Shown here: positions 1-12,530 of the stretch, piece by piece | How the letters are laid out: each line of letters opens with the position of its first letter | How positions within the stretch are numbered: position 1 is the stretch's first letter | Assembly (NCBI GenBank): GCA_002633005.1 | Contig: NMRA01000225.1 | Location: 49,284-113,283 of the forward strand | Source of the DNA: Phoronis australis | Taxonomy: Eukaryota; Animalia; Phoronida | DNA: 64,000 bases | Direction of reading: 5' to 3' | Notes under the pieces: generated by a model | Database searches by the model: none | The model's input: only the letters and a program-made list of their open reading frames with translations | Told to the model about the DNA's origin: nothing | Position numbers and translations under genes: made by a program

Positions 1-837
1 ACTGCAGGATACATCTTGCTCTTCATAACATGGGCATTAAGACAGGGTATCTTCGTGTCTCTATTGACTGTGAGAGGTATCTTCAATAGGCAGAATGTTT
101 TGAACACAAAGGGTGTTTATCCAAATGTACTTCGTATAATTTTAGTTTTGCCCTTGAAGTAAAATGAACAGTACAATGATGTTGTTCGCATGAGAAAAAC
201 CAAGATATGGAAAGAGAATTAACCTGTTTCCTTTTTTTCCTAGTATCTAAAGTACTCAAACAAGAAAATGAGATGCATTTTAAGGTAGTTTATTTTAGAA
301 TCCCCCAAGACTTATGTAGTTAATGATCAGTTCTTTTCAAGAATTTTGAATGCTCATTGTCATCTATGAAAACAACAGAGAAATAAATAAAACTGTTGGT
401 GACACAGCAGGTAGCCACGCGGTCACAGTGCTCCCAATAAATTCATTTGCAACATCACAGTGAGACCAAGTTGGCGAGCGGAGAGTGCAATGTTGTCAGA
501 CAATGGTGAAAGGTCTATCTGATTTCTTGATTTACGCTGGTGCCGTTTACAGCTCTCTGAGTTGCGGATCTATTGTAACTTACTATAATTATGTCTAAGC
601 GTGGGGGGGGGGGACGAAACTGATGTAATCTTGCGAACTTGAATGTTTTAGCCATCTGTTGGCTGAATGCATTCCTTAAAATGTATGGTGTCATCACTCT
701 TTTGCGTGGTGGCTAGTCAGGTAATATGTTGAGGATGGCTGCCGGAAACATCCAAATTGTCAGCTCAGTCTCCTAAGAATATTTTGGCTGTGTTTGTAGT
801 GCATAACACAATGTACTTTTCACAATGTTTCGTGCAG

Positions 838-986
838 AGATCTCATGGAGCCGCATTGAACCAAAAGCCAAACTGAAAAGAATGTCAGTCACCAAGACTT
901 CCAATAACCCTGCGACCTTTGAAATTGAGATGGACCCTTTGTCCTCTGTACGCAACTTTGGCTTGTTGTCGCTGAGATTTGGCCAG
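838..986 (+). CDS. PKHD1L1: PKHD1L1-like exon 1 in window (ISWSRIEPKAK...LSLRFGQ)
   Basis: gtgcag acceptor (start less certain); strong CAG|gtaagt donor, phase 0, matching the next exon. Confidence 0.7.
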
Positions 987-2243
987 GTAAGTATCAGTGA
1001 TTGGGTTGTTCTTTACTTTCAAAACAAGTTGTATGCAGCGAGTGGTCGCACGTTTCTTCTGTGGTGAAATTCTTCAGTATTGGATAGATTAGAGCTATGT
1101 TCATAAGTGACGTTTCATAGTTCTCTGCCAGGAAAAATATTAAATACTTATTTAGTAAGTTTGCACGGCACAGATGTCACCAGACTCCAATTAGGAAATC
1201 GCTGAGCATTTGCCCTCCAGTGATGAAATGAAGCCTTAAAGCAGTAGTCAGTTTTAGAAAAAGTAGTCACAAACTAAAAAACTTTTACGATTATTAGCTA
1301 CAAAAACGTTGAGCTCTGACTTCACCACAGCTTTGATAATTAAAATTTCTGTCTCATACTACACAAGAATCAAGCCAGCTAATCATAGCTTTCAAACACA
1401 TTATTTCCAGGTTTATTTTCCTAGCCGGTCAAATTGTTCACCGTAGTATACCAAAAAAGAGACTGTTCAGACAGGAGTCAATCAGCCTCTGGGCTATTGA
1501 TCAACACAGTAAAATGACACCAATTTTGGACACAAATAAAGACTAATAAAATTGAACTTTTTTCATTTTCCAATGGCTTTTAAGATTGTAGTAAATTCTC
1601 AAAATTAGGAAAATAAAATTTCACTTGCCTGTCACATTGTATACTAAATTAAATTTTACAGTACACATGTAGTAATGAGAGGGGTAAGCTGTTGCTTCTT
1701 GAAGTTGAGAAACAATGTATCCAGCCATTTTTATGGAAAGTCATACGTAAGGCCATCTACGTGTCAAGAAGCCCACTGGCTGTCCAAAATTCCCTCTTAA
1801 AGTTTTCATTTCTCCCGTCAAGCATAGATTGCAATAATGGTGTTATCTTTCTACATGACATGTTCGTGTCCCTTTTCAATGTTTAAACTTTGGACCAATG
1901 TCCTTCATTTTGTCAAAGCAATTCTGTAATTTCTAATTAATTGCACTCTGCCAGGAAAGGCCAAAAAGTGTAATTGTGTCTGGTTTCTGTTTTTTTTTGA
2001 AAATCGTAGTCGGTGTATTTTTAGCTGTTTCAAACAATGAAAAAGTTCAAATTTCAATTACAGATGTTGTTTTCATATGGACTGGAAAGAATGTTCACAG
2101 CAACATGTAGCGGCTTCTTACTGACTCTCATCTCTGATGCTGAGTTCAATGTAAACGTTCTATCTGTAGGCCTCACTGAAACTCTGATAAATCTCACAGT
2201 GCCAATACACCTGAATGCACTGAACCAATGTTTTCTCTGGCAG

Positions 2244-2391
2244 GTTAAATCTGGTACTCTTAGCTCCGACTCTGTCAAAACTGACAGCAATGGCTGGTCG
2301 TCTGGTTCAGTGGACACAACGCGTCAGTCAAAAGCCACGGGACCCGTGACAGGCTCCTTCACCATCAATGTAAACGGAACAAAAACCACAG
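2244..2391 (+). CDS. PKHD1L1: PKHD1L1-like exon 2 (VKSGTLSS...PVTGSFTINVNGTKTT)
   Basis: ttttctctggcag acceptor, G|gtaggc donor, phase 0 to 1. Confidence 0.85.
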
Positions 2392-3354
2392 GTAGGCTCA
2401 CCTATAGGTAATCCTTAGATTCATTAGTTACCAAAACGTCGTCGTTACACTGTCTGATACATATCAGCATTGCGAACAGTAACGTGTCACTCAAGGTCAG
2501 TTGATTATATTCCTTGAGTGCGTCACTTGCAAGAGTGGAGTCATCTTAATTTTAGAAAAGTTAGTTTTAAGGCTAAAATTGTTGAAAGCAAGCTTGAACA
2601 CCAGCCATACCAATACATTCAGGTCTAAAATACTAAGTTCAATAACAAAATCTTAGAAGTAAATGAAAATTGGTTATTCAGTTGTTTTTTACATTAATTT
2701 CTATCTAGAATAATTCATGATTGTGGTTTGTACAAAAAGTCAAGAAGGCATAAGGGTAGCGACAGAAGTTTCCTGTCAAAACATGGTTGTGGACAAGCTT
2801 GTGAATGTTTGTTGACTAAATGTCATATGGTTGACCACTTAACATATGGCTATTCCTGATGTACAGAATGCAGTGCCTGATTCTTAGCTTAACGCCATCC
2901 TGCCAATTGTGACTTAATGAAAATTCTAGGTTCCCAAACAAAAATTGACAACGTCAAACTGAGGTTGTTGGTCGTGAACCAAAAAGAAAGTTTGCTGCCA
3001 TCACCATTATTAAAATGAGCACATTATTACGTATTCCATTCCTTCTGTAAATATGCACTGTTCATGGAGTAGTGCAGTATACATTACCCTTACGCTTCAC
3101 TTAGTGGTGTCAGAGATGTTTTTAGCCGATAGGGGTCCCGATCTTTGGAAATTACAAATTTTGACGTGAATTTCTTTTTGAATTATTGGCCGGATGTTGC
3201 TACTTGCTGTGGCGACTTTGTGGCGTCTTCAGATTTTTCCCAGGATCGCCAAACCCTATCCGAAGTTGATTGGTGAACTGCAGTTTGCCAGTTTGAGCAC
3301 AGGAATGAAAGTAATTCTTGAAGACTTGAGCCTGCATGCTTATTCACTTTCCAG

Positions 3355-3506
3355 TACCATTTTCAAGTTCTGCTTTGGAGCTAGAGGCCAAGATCGAGTC
3401 TGCTTGTAGTGACAGCGTTGCGGTGAAAAAGACATTGGACACGGGCTTTTCCAGTGCTTGGGAAGTGACCTGGGAGAAGCCTGGTGGTAATCGATCAACC
3501 CTTGGT
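3355..3506 (+). CDS. PKHD1L1: PKHD1L1-like exon 3 (VPFSSSALELE...WEVTWEKPGGNRSTLG)
   Basis: tttccag acceptor, gtaagt donor, phase 1 to 0; W.VTW...GG motif. Confidence 0.88.
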
Positions 3507-3591
3507 GTAAGTGAACACATGGTTTAATATACAGTATTTGCTATATCCATTTAGGATGGATTCCAACATATTCTCATCCACCAAGTGGTCA

Positions 3592-4458
3592 TTTTTATGC
3601 GGCCATATATTTGTATGGGGTGCATATCGCTGTCATCTCTGTCTGCGCATCTGGCGTCTGTTGTTTTATCTCCTAAACTCTCATAGGAATCTTCATGAAA
3701 TTTGGCAGATGTGTTCCGATGAAGTTGACAACGGATGACGTCGAATTTCGGACAGATCCAACTACCGGTGTGCTCCCTAGTTTATTTTTTTGCGTTCACC
3801 TCTTCATCTTCAAAAATCCTCAACAGATTTTCGTGAAGTTTGGCACATGGGCATGGAGTGAGTTGATGCTATTCCTCCCTTTTTCGAATGGATTTGTAGT
3901 ATTTTGTGCCACCTAGTGGCCATTTTTACTGTGTTTGAGTCTGCCCCTCTATCAACCAAACCACTCTAAGGATGATTGAGAAAATTGGAATTGTTTGTAG
4001 TGGGCAGAAGATTTTTGATGATGATTTTTGATGACTTCGACTTCTTTGGCGCTTCTTAGTGCAAGTTTTGTACTTTTTGCGCCCATAGCTGTATCTCCTA
4101 AACCAACTGCAGGATCTGTATTAAATTTTAGCAAGTGTGCATGAAGTTGACAACTTATGATGCCAACTTTCAGATGGATACGACAAACACTGTCAGGCCC
4201 CCTACTAGCTAGTATTTAATTTTTTTCCTCTGTATCTCTGAAGTCCCTTCATTGATGGTTTTTTATGAAATTTGGCAAATAGCTTTATATTTTAGAAACA
4301 ATGACATGTCCCTGTTTCAGATGGATTCGATGTATATTTTTTGTGTTTAGCTCAGTCTGTATCTGTTGAGGTCCTTGCCAGATTCTAATGAACATCCATA
4401 TATGGGTAATATTGGTGGGGAAGGCTATGGGCGTTTCAGTGTCTCCCCTTGCTCTTGT
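3592..4458 (+). mobile_element. HINE/DINE-1-like non-autonomous Helentron, family A (internal ~150-bp satellite monomers)
   Basis: T-run plus imperfect 5' palindrome, GTCT/GTCC-type microsatellite, CCTAGTGG monomers, 3' end …ttgctcttgt shared with other copies. Confidence 0.65.
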
Positions 4459-5153
4459 AAAAAGTCCCTAGTCGGGTGGCTAGGGTTTAATTTAGGTAGA
4501 CTTTTCAGATCAGGTGCGAAAATGGGTCACATTTTAAGCCCTCTTTCAACAGGTAAGTCTTGAAATTATCGGGTTCTTAACATAAACACGGTTTTCATTT
4601 TTTCATTTTGGACGGATTGTTCCATGATGTGAAAGCCCAGCTACAACCCCCCTACCCTAAAAATGAATGCCTCCGCTGGTCGCTTAAATTCTTGTCACTT
4701 TCCTACCTTTTGTACATTTTCCTTTTTTCATTACCATTTGTGAACTGTCTGATCCCACAGTCTCCTACTTTTTTGTGGAAAGGTGTGGGAGCACGTTCCA
4801 TCATGGTAGCTAGCTTTTTTGTGAAAGTGATCTCATAGAAAACAATTATTACCCTAATAGATTACATAACTGAAGTGAAAACCGTGACTAAATTAGCCAT
4901 TGTCTTTTGACGAATCTAGTTTTCTTGAGATGCAGTCCACGTCTTCAACTCGTAAAATGTTATCTTAGCAAAAAGTAAAAAATACAATGAATTTGACTTG
5001 GTCTTTGCATTGTTTAGCTGTTGCCAAACTACTTTGTTTCGTAAAAATTTGATCAATGCAATACCCATTGAAAATTTTAGCAACCGTTTCCAAAGTGAAT
5101 GATTTTTACTGAAGGTCAACATGTTGTTTGTCAGTTTATGTTATGTTTGACAG

Positions 5154-5279
5154 ATTGATGATACCAGTTCCCTTGTTGGTGATGACATTTCTGTGAGTGT
5201 TGATGAGGTTGATGGACACCTTTTCGTTGACCCTATCATGGGAGACTTCCTCAGGACCGTCCATCGTGACTCCATGCAG
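5154..5279 (+). CDS. PKHD1L1: PKHD1L1-like exon 4 (IDDTSSLVG...DPIMGDFLRTVHRDSMQ)
   Basis: tttgacag acceptor, CAG|gtatgg donor, phase 0 to 0; not in the ORF track. Confidence 0.88.
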
Positions 5280-6489
5280 GTATGGTGTTAGAACCTCCAT
5301 GAGGAGGCAGTTTGGCCTGGTGGGTTGAGTGTCTGTCACCTGTTTGCAAGGTTTTATGCTCAAATCTCTCTGGACCCCACTGCTAGACCCTTGAATCAGG
5401 TCTCTAGCTCCTCCGACAGCTTGGTTGTAATTTGTGTGTATATTTCCCTACGTCGTGTTTTTATTAAATTCAGGTGTTTAAGGTGGAATGGGTCTGGCTA
5501 AGCTGCCTGCACATACCATTGTAATGTGTATTAGATCTAACCTCCACTTGTTGCTTAGTTGTCTCTGTTAAGAAGCACAGCTTTCCCAATATCGTATCCC
5601 TCATCTGAAGAAAAGCCTTGAAAGATAAACAAAATTAATTTTCATAACCACCTATGAGTTCAGTTGAGCTTTGGTTTATGATTCAAAGCATTGGTATTGT
5701 TTTAAATTGCAGTCATATAAATTACCACTGTGCACAGAAGCCTTGTCAAAAAGCCAGCAACATAATGATTTTGGGTCAATCAGAATTAGCTTTGAATTTC
5801 ATGCTTTTGCTAACACCTAACTGTGGTGTCTTGAAAAATTACACTTAAGACAACAAGAAGTGAGCTTGTTTTGAAATTTGAAAGTATTAAAATAAAAATG
5901 CTTTGGTATCAACTGAAATTAAAAATCTTTATGAACAATTCCTAAACATACCTGGTGGGCAGGTTGAAGTCTATTTCAGTGGCAGAGAAACACTTTCAAT
6001 TAATTGTATTTTCGTCTGTTTATTGCATTCCAGGCCTCTTTAGGGAATATTTGTCTGATTATTCTTGGCATGTGCTCCGTGAGCAAATGATAGGAATGAA
6101 AAAGCAGCAGCATTTTACTATAAACCCATCTTCTGTCCCCAAAATAACTTTTGATTTAGATGGCTTATCGTTGTGAAATTGGCCTCAATTTGTCCCTTTG
6201 ACACGAATTCTGGACTTAAAAGAACCGACAGTTTTTTTTCAGTTTGAGACAAGGCTCTGCAAGTTGACTTGTCACAGTGTAACATATTTGCCGAGCATCA
6301 TCTATTGCAAAGGCGAACCATGTCAGTTCTTTGTAAGGCCAAAAATCACTTCTCATCTAAGTATAGCAGTACGTTCTCTATATCTAAAGCTAGTTTCTGT
6401 GCCAGAATATGTGTGTTGATGCCCACCGATGTTAAATCCTGGCAGTTGATGTTTATTTACCTGGCGATACTGATCTGTTCTCCCACTAG

Positions 6490-6604
6490 GTGTCAGCACT
6501 TGTCAATGGTCTGCCAACAAAATGCAGTGGTGACTGTTCTTTCTCCTACTCTGTTTCCAAGACACCAAAGGTGACTGCAATGAAATTGTCAGCAAACACG
6601 AAAA
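6490..6604 (+). CDS. PKHD1L1: PKHD1L1-like exon 5 (VSALVNGLPTKCSGDCSFSYSVSKTPKV...)
   Basis: tctcccactag acceptor, gtaggt donor, phase 0 to 1; VNG.P.KCSGDC.F motif. Confidence 0.9.
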
Positions 6605-6954
6605 GTAGGTTTTTTATCAAGTTGTTTGATTATGTTTTGATCGTTTGGAAGTGGCTTTGAGTTACTCTGCTGGATTTCAGCTAGGTCCTAGCGTAGGTCC
6701 TAGCATTACTGAACGCACGCCTGGACTACTCAACAAAGGAGCATCAGATGCAATTATGCACAAGTTTCTCTTTTCCTATGTTGTAGCGAACCAACATGTT
6801 TTTCAACAATCGAAAATGCTCTGTCAGCTTTCAGTAACGGATTAAAATTTTTATAGTCTGCAGTTCCAGAAGTGACCTGTTGAATGTTAATTTTTGTAAA
6901 TTATTTTGGAAAAACTTCTGTTGTAAACGAGATTTCTTTTGTAAATATTTACAG

Positions 6955-6984
6955 ATGTGGATTCTTCAGCATCGTGTACCTGCG
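6955..6984 (+). CDS. PKHD1L1: Probable 30-nt microexon 6 ((N)VDSSASCTC)
   Basis: atttacag acceptor, G|gtaaga donor, symmetric phase 1 to 1, open in frame between exons 5 and 7. Confidence 0.65.
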
Positions 6985-8016
6985 GTAAGAGACAGTTGAG
7001 AGTTGTCATTTCCTTTTGTTGTCAACTGAATAATTCACAGTTAAGAGAGTTACAATAAACTAACTAGTCTTTCTTCCCAAGTCAGAAAGAATTCAAGCTA
7101 TCTCATTTGTATTTACACTTCCCTGTTGAGCAGTTCAGAAGACTTGCAATAAAGTGTAATGTTGCAGCACCCTTATTAACCCTATTCCTGAAAGTTCAAC
7201 ATTATTAGTAAGTTTCAAAGTTGCTGTGAACTTAAATTGTGATTTAGACCACTTTCTTCCATTCACAAAATTAATCTCAACTTGCTCCTTCCTCAGACAA
7301 AGAATGATTTCTGCCTATGGAAAAATTGTCTTTGATAGTTAAGTGGTGCCTGAGGCCATGTTCTGCTCTTAAAATGACCCAATGGTATTGAGTCTGGTAT
7401 CAAGCAATAGTTACTGCATTAGGCAAATCTCACACTAAAGTATCCAGGGAAGTCCTCGACACCTCAAGGGCTTGATGGCGCCGTCATGGATGAAGTGAGC
7501 TAGTTGGTATTCATGGGCTTGGCTGAATGTGCTGGATAAGAAAATTGTGGTTGTAAACCAACATGCCTGTTTAGCATATGTGTTTCAGAGTAACAAAATG
7601 AACAATAAGTAAGGCAAACAACCAACATAAGTGTTCTTAAAATTGACTTAGTAAATAATATCCGCCTTTGAATTTTTAAAATTGATGTTCATAGGCGTTC
7701 AGTAATAGCGTGCAACCACCATACGTTTCCTTTGAAGCCTGCTTGTTATCATACGGGGCAAAAGACTTAGCCGGGCCAAAAGTTAACAAAAGAGCCAGAT
7801 GTTATCGCATGTTCAGCACCCCTCACGTCTGGAAAAGTTACTGAACGACAGAACGCTATAATGTAGTTTACTCAACCTTGGCTAGTGAATTCTGAAATGT
7901 TGTCAGATGAACAAAAGTGCTTTGGCAATATAAAGTGCCAGTCAGCCATAAGTTTTGACTGGGTGGGCTCACCTTCCAAACATTCACCATTTTCCCTTGT
8001 TACACTTTGCTTCCAG

Positions 8017-8295
8017 GCTCTACCGGGCCAGGCTGTAGCATGGGTAAGGTCTTGACTATTACTGGCACTGGCTTCAGCAACGACATTGCAAGCAACGTGG
8101 TGAGGTTGGGTGATACCTTGTGCACCGTAACCGCAGCAACCGATACCGAGCTCAAATGCATTGTGGGAAAGGCGTCAGCTGGTACCAAGACTGTGACGAT
8201 CAATGTTATTGGGAAGGGTTTGGCGAGTGTGTCAGAAACATTCGATTACAAGCTATGCATTACTGGGATTTCGTCCATAGAGGGCAGTACTGGAG
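8017..8295 (+). CDS. PKHD1L1: PKHD1L1-like exon 7, IPT/TIG (…VLTITGTGFSND…EGSTG)
   Basis: ctttgcttccag acceptor, G|gtttgt donor, phase 1 to 1; canonical IPT with a Cys pair. Confidence 0.92.
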
Positions 8296-9159
8296 GTTTG
8301 TGATGAAAAGTTTAAAGACAATGGCTATTGTCTTCAAGATGTATGAATTAAAAAGAAAATATTAAATCAATGTGTTACAGTTGTTAGTGATATGTTTTCA
8401 GACAATTTTGATTAAATCGTCTGCCTATTTCAGAAGATCAATTGAATTTCATAATTTACTTTGATGATAGATATCCTTTGGTGTTTTCATGCTGGATTTA
8501 ATCTACTTTAATTTGTCTTTCATCTTGTATTTCCCTCTTGATGATTGAGAATTGTTATTCAAGGAGGTGAATTCGGTATTTATTTAGCACACAGTATGGT
8601 TGTCAAGTGAAACTCTATTTTGTCTGTATTAAATACTTCATATATTAAAAGTTTTCTTAGAGCATTTACTTTGTAGATTCTGTAAAACAACTTTGTTCAA
8701 TTTTCTATTATTTGCAGTTGTAATCAGCCTTCGGAAAAAATTGTAAAAATGACAAGTTTGACATTATTTATTTTTGTGCAAAATAAGTGATGAGTTACGG
8801 TAGTTGTATTCCATTTTTGAAGTAAGACTGCTCTTCTTTCTTGTCACTAAAACAGTCACTCAGCAAGCACTGTGAAATTTTCGGATCATCATCATTAGAA
8901 GACACAAAGTGTACAAATTTAATTGTTTGGTATTTCTGATGCATGACCCTGGCTAACAAGCTTGATGGCGGACTGACATTAAGCTGTACATGTCGGGGTA
9001 GTTGAGTTGCAAGTTTTAATTCAGTGTTACTTTCTACAGGAGGCAACTGTAAGACACACAGCAGTAGACCGCCAAGGAAACCTTTATGTATCACAGGCAA
9101 GTCTGGAACTTTACTGAAAGTCTTCTATTTTCTTGTTTTGTTTTCTCTCACTTTCATAT

Positions 9160-9975
9160 TGCTGTCATCTTTCTCTGTCATCTGTCTGTGGTTGTATCTG
9201 CTACCCCTTGCGGGATCTTTTTCAAATTTGGCAAGTTCTTTGATGGTGACAACAGAGGATGATGATGTTTGGATGGATGTGACTATTTCTGTGCCCCCTA
9301 GAGCAACAATATTTTTACGTTTGCCTCCGTATCTTCATACTTCCCTGATTTATTTTCATGAAATTTTTCCAAAAAGTATCTATGATAGAGACAACACCTT
9401 CCATTTTCAGATAGGTTCGATGAATTCTGTGCCTCCTAGTGATATTCAGATGGGTCTGACTACTCTGGCACCCCCTAGTGGGATTTCTTGCCTGCGGTTC
9501 ATCATCTACTATGTTCCTTGAAATATGCTCCTGCTGAGTACAGTACAATTTATGTGAATTTGGGCAAAATCCGACTTCTGCGGAGTCTCTTAGCGACAAT
9601 TTTCATTGGTTTCCATTTCCTGGATTCTTGCCAATTTTCGTGGTGAAATTTGACACATAAAGATACGAGTAGAAGATGACTACACCTGCCCCATCTTGCA
9701 TGGATTGACCAACACTGTACCTTCTACTGGCCTTTTAATTATTTAATTGACTTGTTTTTCGTTGCACTCGTTGCTCATCTGCCAAACCGCTTGAAGAATT
9801 ATGATGAATGGTTGTGGATGTGTTTTTAAGAGCGCTTAACCGACTTAATTTGCCTCCGCTAGAGCTTGTGTTGAATAGTTATTAGCATTGCACCCTTGTA
9901 TTGGGAATGTTCTTTCCTGTGCTATGTGTGATGCACAGGGTGGGGTATATACTAGCTACACTGTGCGCTCTTGTT
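9160..9975 (+). mobile_element. Family A HINE-like element, diverged copy
   Basis: catattgctgtcatct head, monomers with gtgccccctag/cctagtg, 3' end gcgctcttgtt. Confidence 0.55.
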
Positions 9976-10195
9976 AAAAAATGATTTGACTACACGCCAC
10001 ATTATTTATCATACAGTGCTGCTCAGCAGGTGATGCATCTTTAGTCATAAATTTGACATGTTCATTATTGTTCATACTAGGCACCTTCTATTTAAACCCT
10101 TGAAACTGCTTCACTTGTTTGTTTTTTTATTTAGATGAATGTAATTAAGTGTTCAAGTAATCCTTCATGGATGTTTTGATTCATCATTTCATCAG

Positions 10196-10326
10196 GAGGC
10201 CTGCCAGTCACAGTGTCTGGGTCTGGATTCAGCGAAACATCCCGTATCACCATTGGTAGTGATAACTGCAAATTGATTCCAGCCAGGACGACCTTGACTA
10301 CTCTTGTCTGTGTGCCGTCTGCTTTG
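10196..10326 (+). CDS. PKHD1L1: PKHD1L1-like exon 8, IPT/TIG (GLPVTVSGSGF…LVCVPSAL)
   Basis: tttcatcag acceptor, gtaggt donor, phase 1 to 0. Confidence 0.9.
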
Positions 10327-10816
10327 GTAGGTGACTCTCCATACAGTTTCAAATGCATAGATAGTGGGATATCATATGTCATATATGATCAAAGACCCAT
10401 CATGACGATTGATAACTAATCGTTATTCGTCATTCCAACTACTGTGAACCTGAATTCCGCCTGTAACTTGTGCTCGGTCATTGTGATGGGGAATTCTGGG
10501 TAATTTTATCTCATAATTTACGCCTTGTACCGTCTGGTAGTAGAAGCCTAGACACATGTCTAAGTTTGGCTAACAACGGAACGCATGTTTTAGAGAAATG
10601 GCTGATCATATTGAGGGTAAACTTTCACTCAGGTAGTTAATGCTTCATGTATTGTTTTCCATTTAAAGTACAGTTTTTAAGTGGGCCACTTTTGCATGAA
10701 GGGATATCAAAGAATAAGACTTTAATGTTTTATTGTCAAAATGAAAAGTTGCTTTAAACTATTGGTGTAAATTTCCCCTCACTTCTATTTAATGCTCCCA
10801 CTTGTTCCTTTTTCAG

Positions 10817-10955
10817 GGTGCTGCAAAATCTGTTACACAATTGACAGTGATTGATGGTACAAGATCTGCCTCTTGCTCCAGTTGTGAGCTTGCATTCAAC
10901 CAGGACAAAACACCTGTGGTGAATTCCATAAATCCTGTTAGTTCACCTCTTGCAG
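10817..10955 (+). CDS. PKHD1L1: PKHD1L1-like exon 9 (GAAKSVTQL…KTPVVNSINPVSSPLA)
   Basis: ttcctttttcag acceptor, CAG|gtaaaa donor, phase 0 to 1. Confidence 0.88.
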
Positions 10956-10996
10956 GTAAAAAAAAACACATGCTATGAACATTCCCACTAAATAAA

Positions 10997-12530
10997 ATTG
11001 GTTCTAACCCCGGTGGTTAAGGTAAACGGCGGGGTATGGAAAATTGAACTGGACCGTATTTATCCACCTTGGCTGAGTCGCACTCGGCTCACGATCAAAG
11101 GGATGCCGCCAGGCTGCTCTAGTCATCGAGTCACGAGCGAGGATAATTGGCTTCGCTCATGCGGATATGATCAGCTGATTACAATCTAGCTAGCAGACTG
11201 TACTTTTTATGGTGAGAGTTTTACGTAGTTTTTACTGTAATATTTGAAAAGAGGAGCGAAAACAAATATGAGTACAACTTTGAATTTTTCAAATCGGCCC
11301 AGGATAAGAGATTTTGCAACACAGCAACACTCACGATTACTTTCATTCGGCGCGCACTAATACAAAAATATAGGACCCAAGTTATTTAGATTTTGGAACA
11401 CATGCATTGCAATATTCAAAATACTTTTATTATGAATCTTACAAGCTGTAAAACGACGTTGTTAATTTCATTGTGTTCATTCATTGTCATCCGTCAAATC
11501 GGCAATTTCCGAGATGTGATCTGCGGCGTGCGCGTATGTGTACAAAACACGTGATTGTTATGTTCCTGAAGTACGAAAATTAAGAAGGCTTTAACATGCC
11601 GTTATTATTGACAGGGACACGATAAAACGAATTTGGATTTTGACTATAGTCTTGATACAGCGATCTGACTGACCACTGCGTCAGTGTCTCCGTTAGACCC
11701 AGAAATTTCACACAGCCCGGGTAGTTCATTTCGTCCCCAACATGTAGATCGAGCCTTGGACTATTAATACTCCACGGCAGAGCTAACGACAGTCGGCCTG
11801 TGCACACAAAATCTGTGAGTTAACCAGCACTCACCTTGCACGTTACAGCCGTTTAAGTGAAAAACAATCTAGTAAACGCCATTTTCTTGCATAATCCTCC
11901 GCCTTTTGTAACAAAAAAGTCTATCGTCGATGACCCGCACACGCACGCTCACTCACTCTCATACACAGACGACCTTCAAAACAAACGTCACGTGACAACA
12001 ACATGTGTGTTCATCCAGAGATTTTTCTCTTGTTGTGGAGTACGATGTAGCGCACATTTGGACTTAATCGCAATTAATCTGGACTCCACATGAACTTTAA
12101 AAATTGTAAAACATCAGGAAGATTTCAGGTAATTTGTTGAGTCGAAACTATATTTTTATTCAAGAGTACAAGTTTTCCTATTGACGATGGCGATTCAGCG
12201 GCGACGCATCAGTCGGCAAGTTTTCGCCCTGTGATGAGCACAATTTTTTGAAAAATTATCGTAATTTAACAACGGAAGTTCATAGCAATGCACCACAATT
12301 TTGTAGAAAGACTGTCATAGGCTAAAAATTCGTCACAAAGCGTAAATTTTATGAATCCTAGCTTCCGATTTTACCCGTTTGGGAAACCGGCTTTCAACTG
12401 CCGTAGGCTACAATAAGAATCCCCTCCCCGTGAAATGATTTTTTCTAAGCGTTTATTAGAGCCAATACAGTATACAGCTTTCCACCAAGGCTAGGTGATA
12501 CTACGACATTATTCTTTGTTGCATTAGTAA
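10997..12530 (+). mobile_element. Family B interspersed repeat (~1.5 kb), ending in a Tc2-like terminus (…gccaatacagta)
   Basis: Close copy at 52270-53675; diverged relatives at 24830-25660, 34840-35390, 43860-44470 and 50850-52270. Confidence 0.75.

Noticed and set aside
6243-6332. Possible extra exon (FETRLCKLTC…CQFF)
   Set aside because: Not needed for frame, no family resemblance; exons 4 and 5 join into the conserved motif without it.
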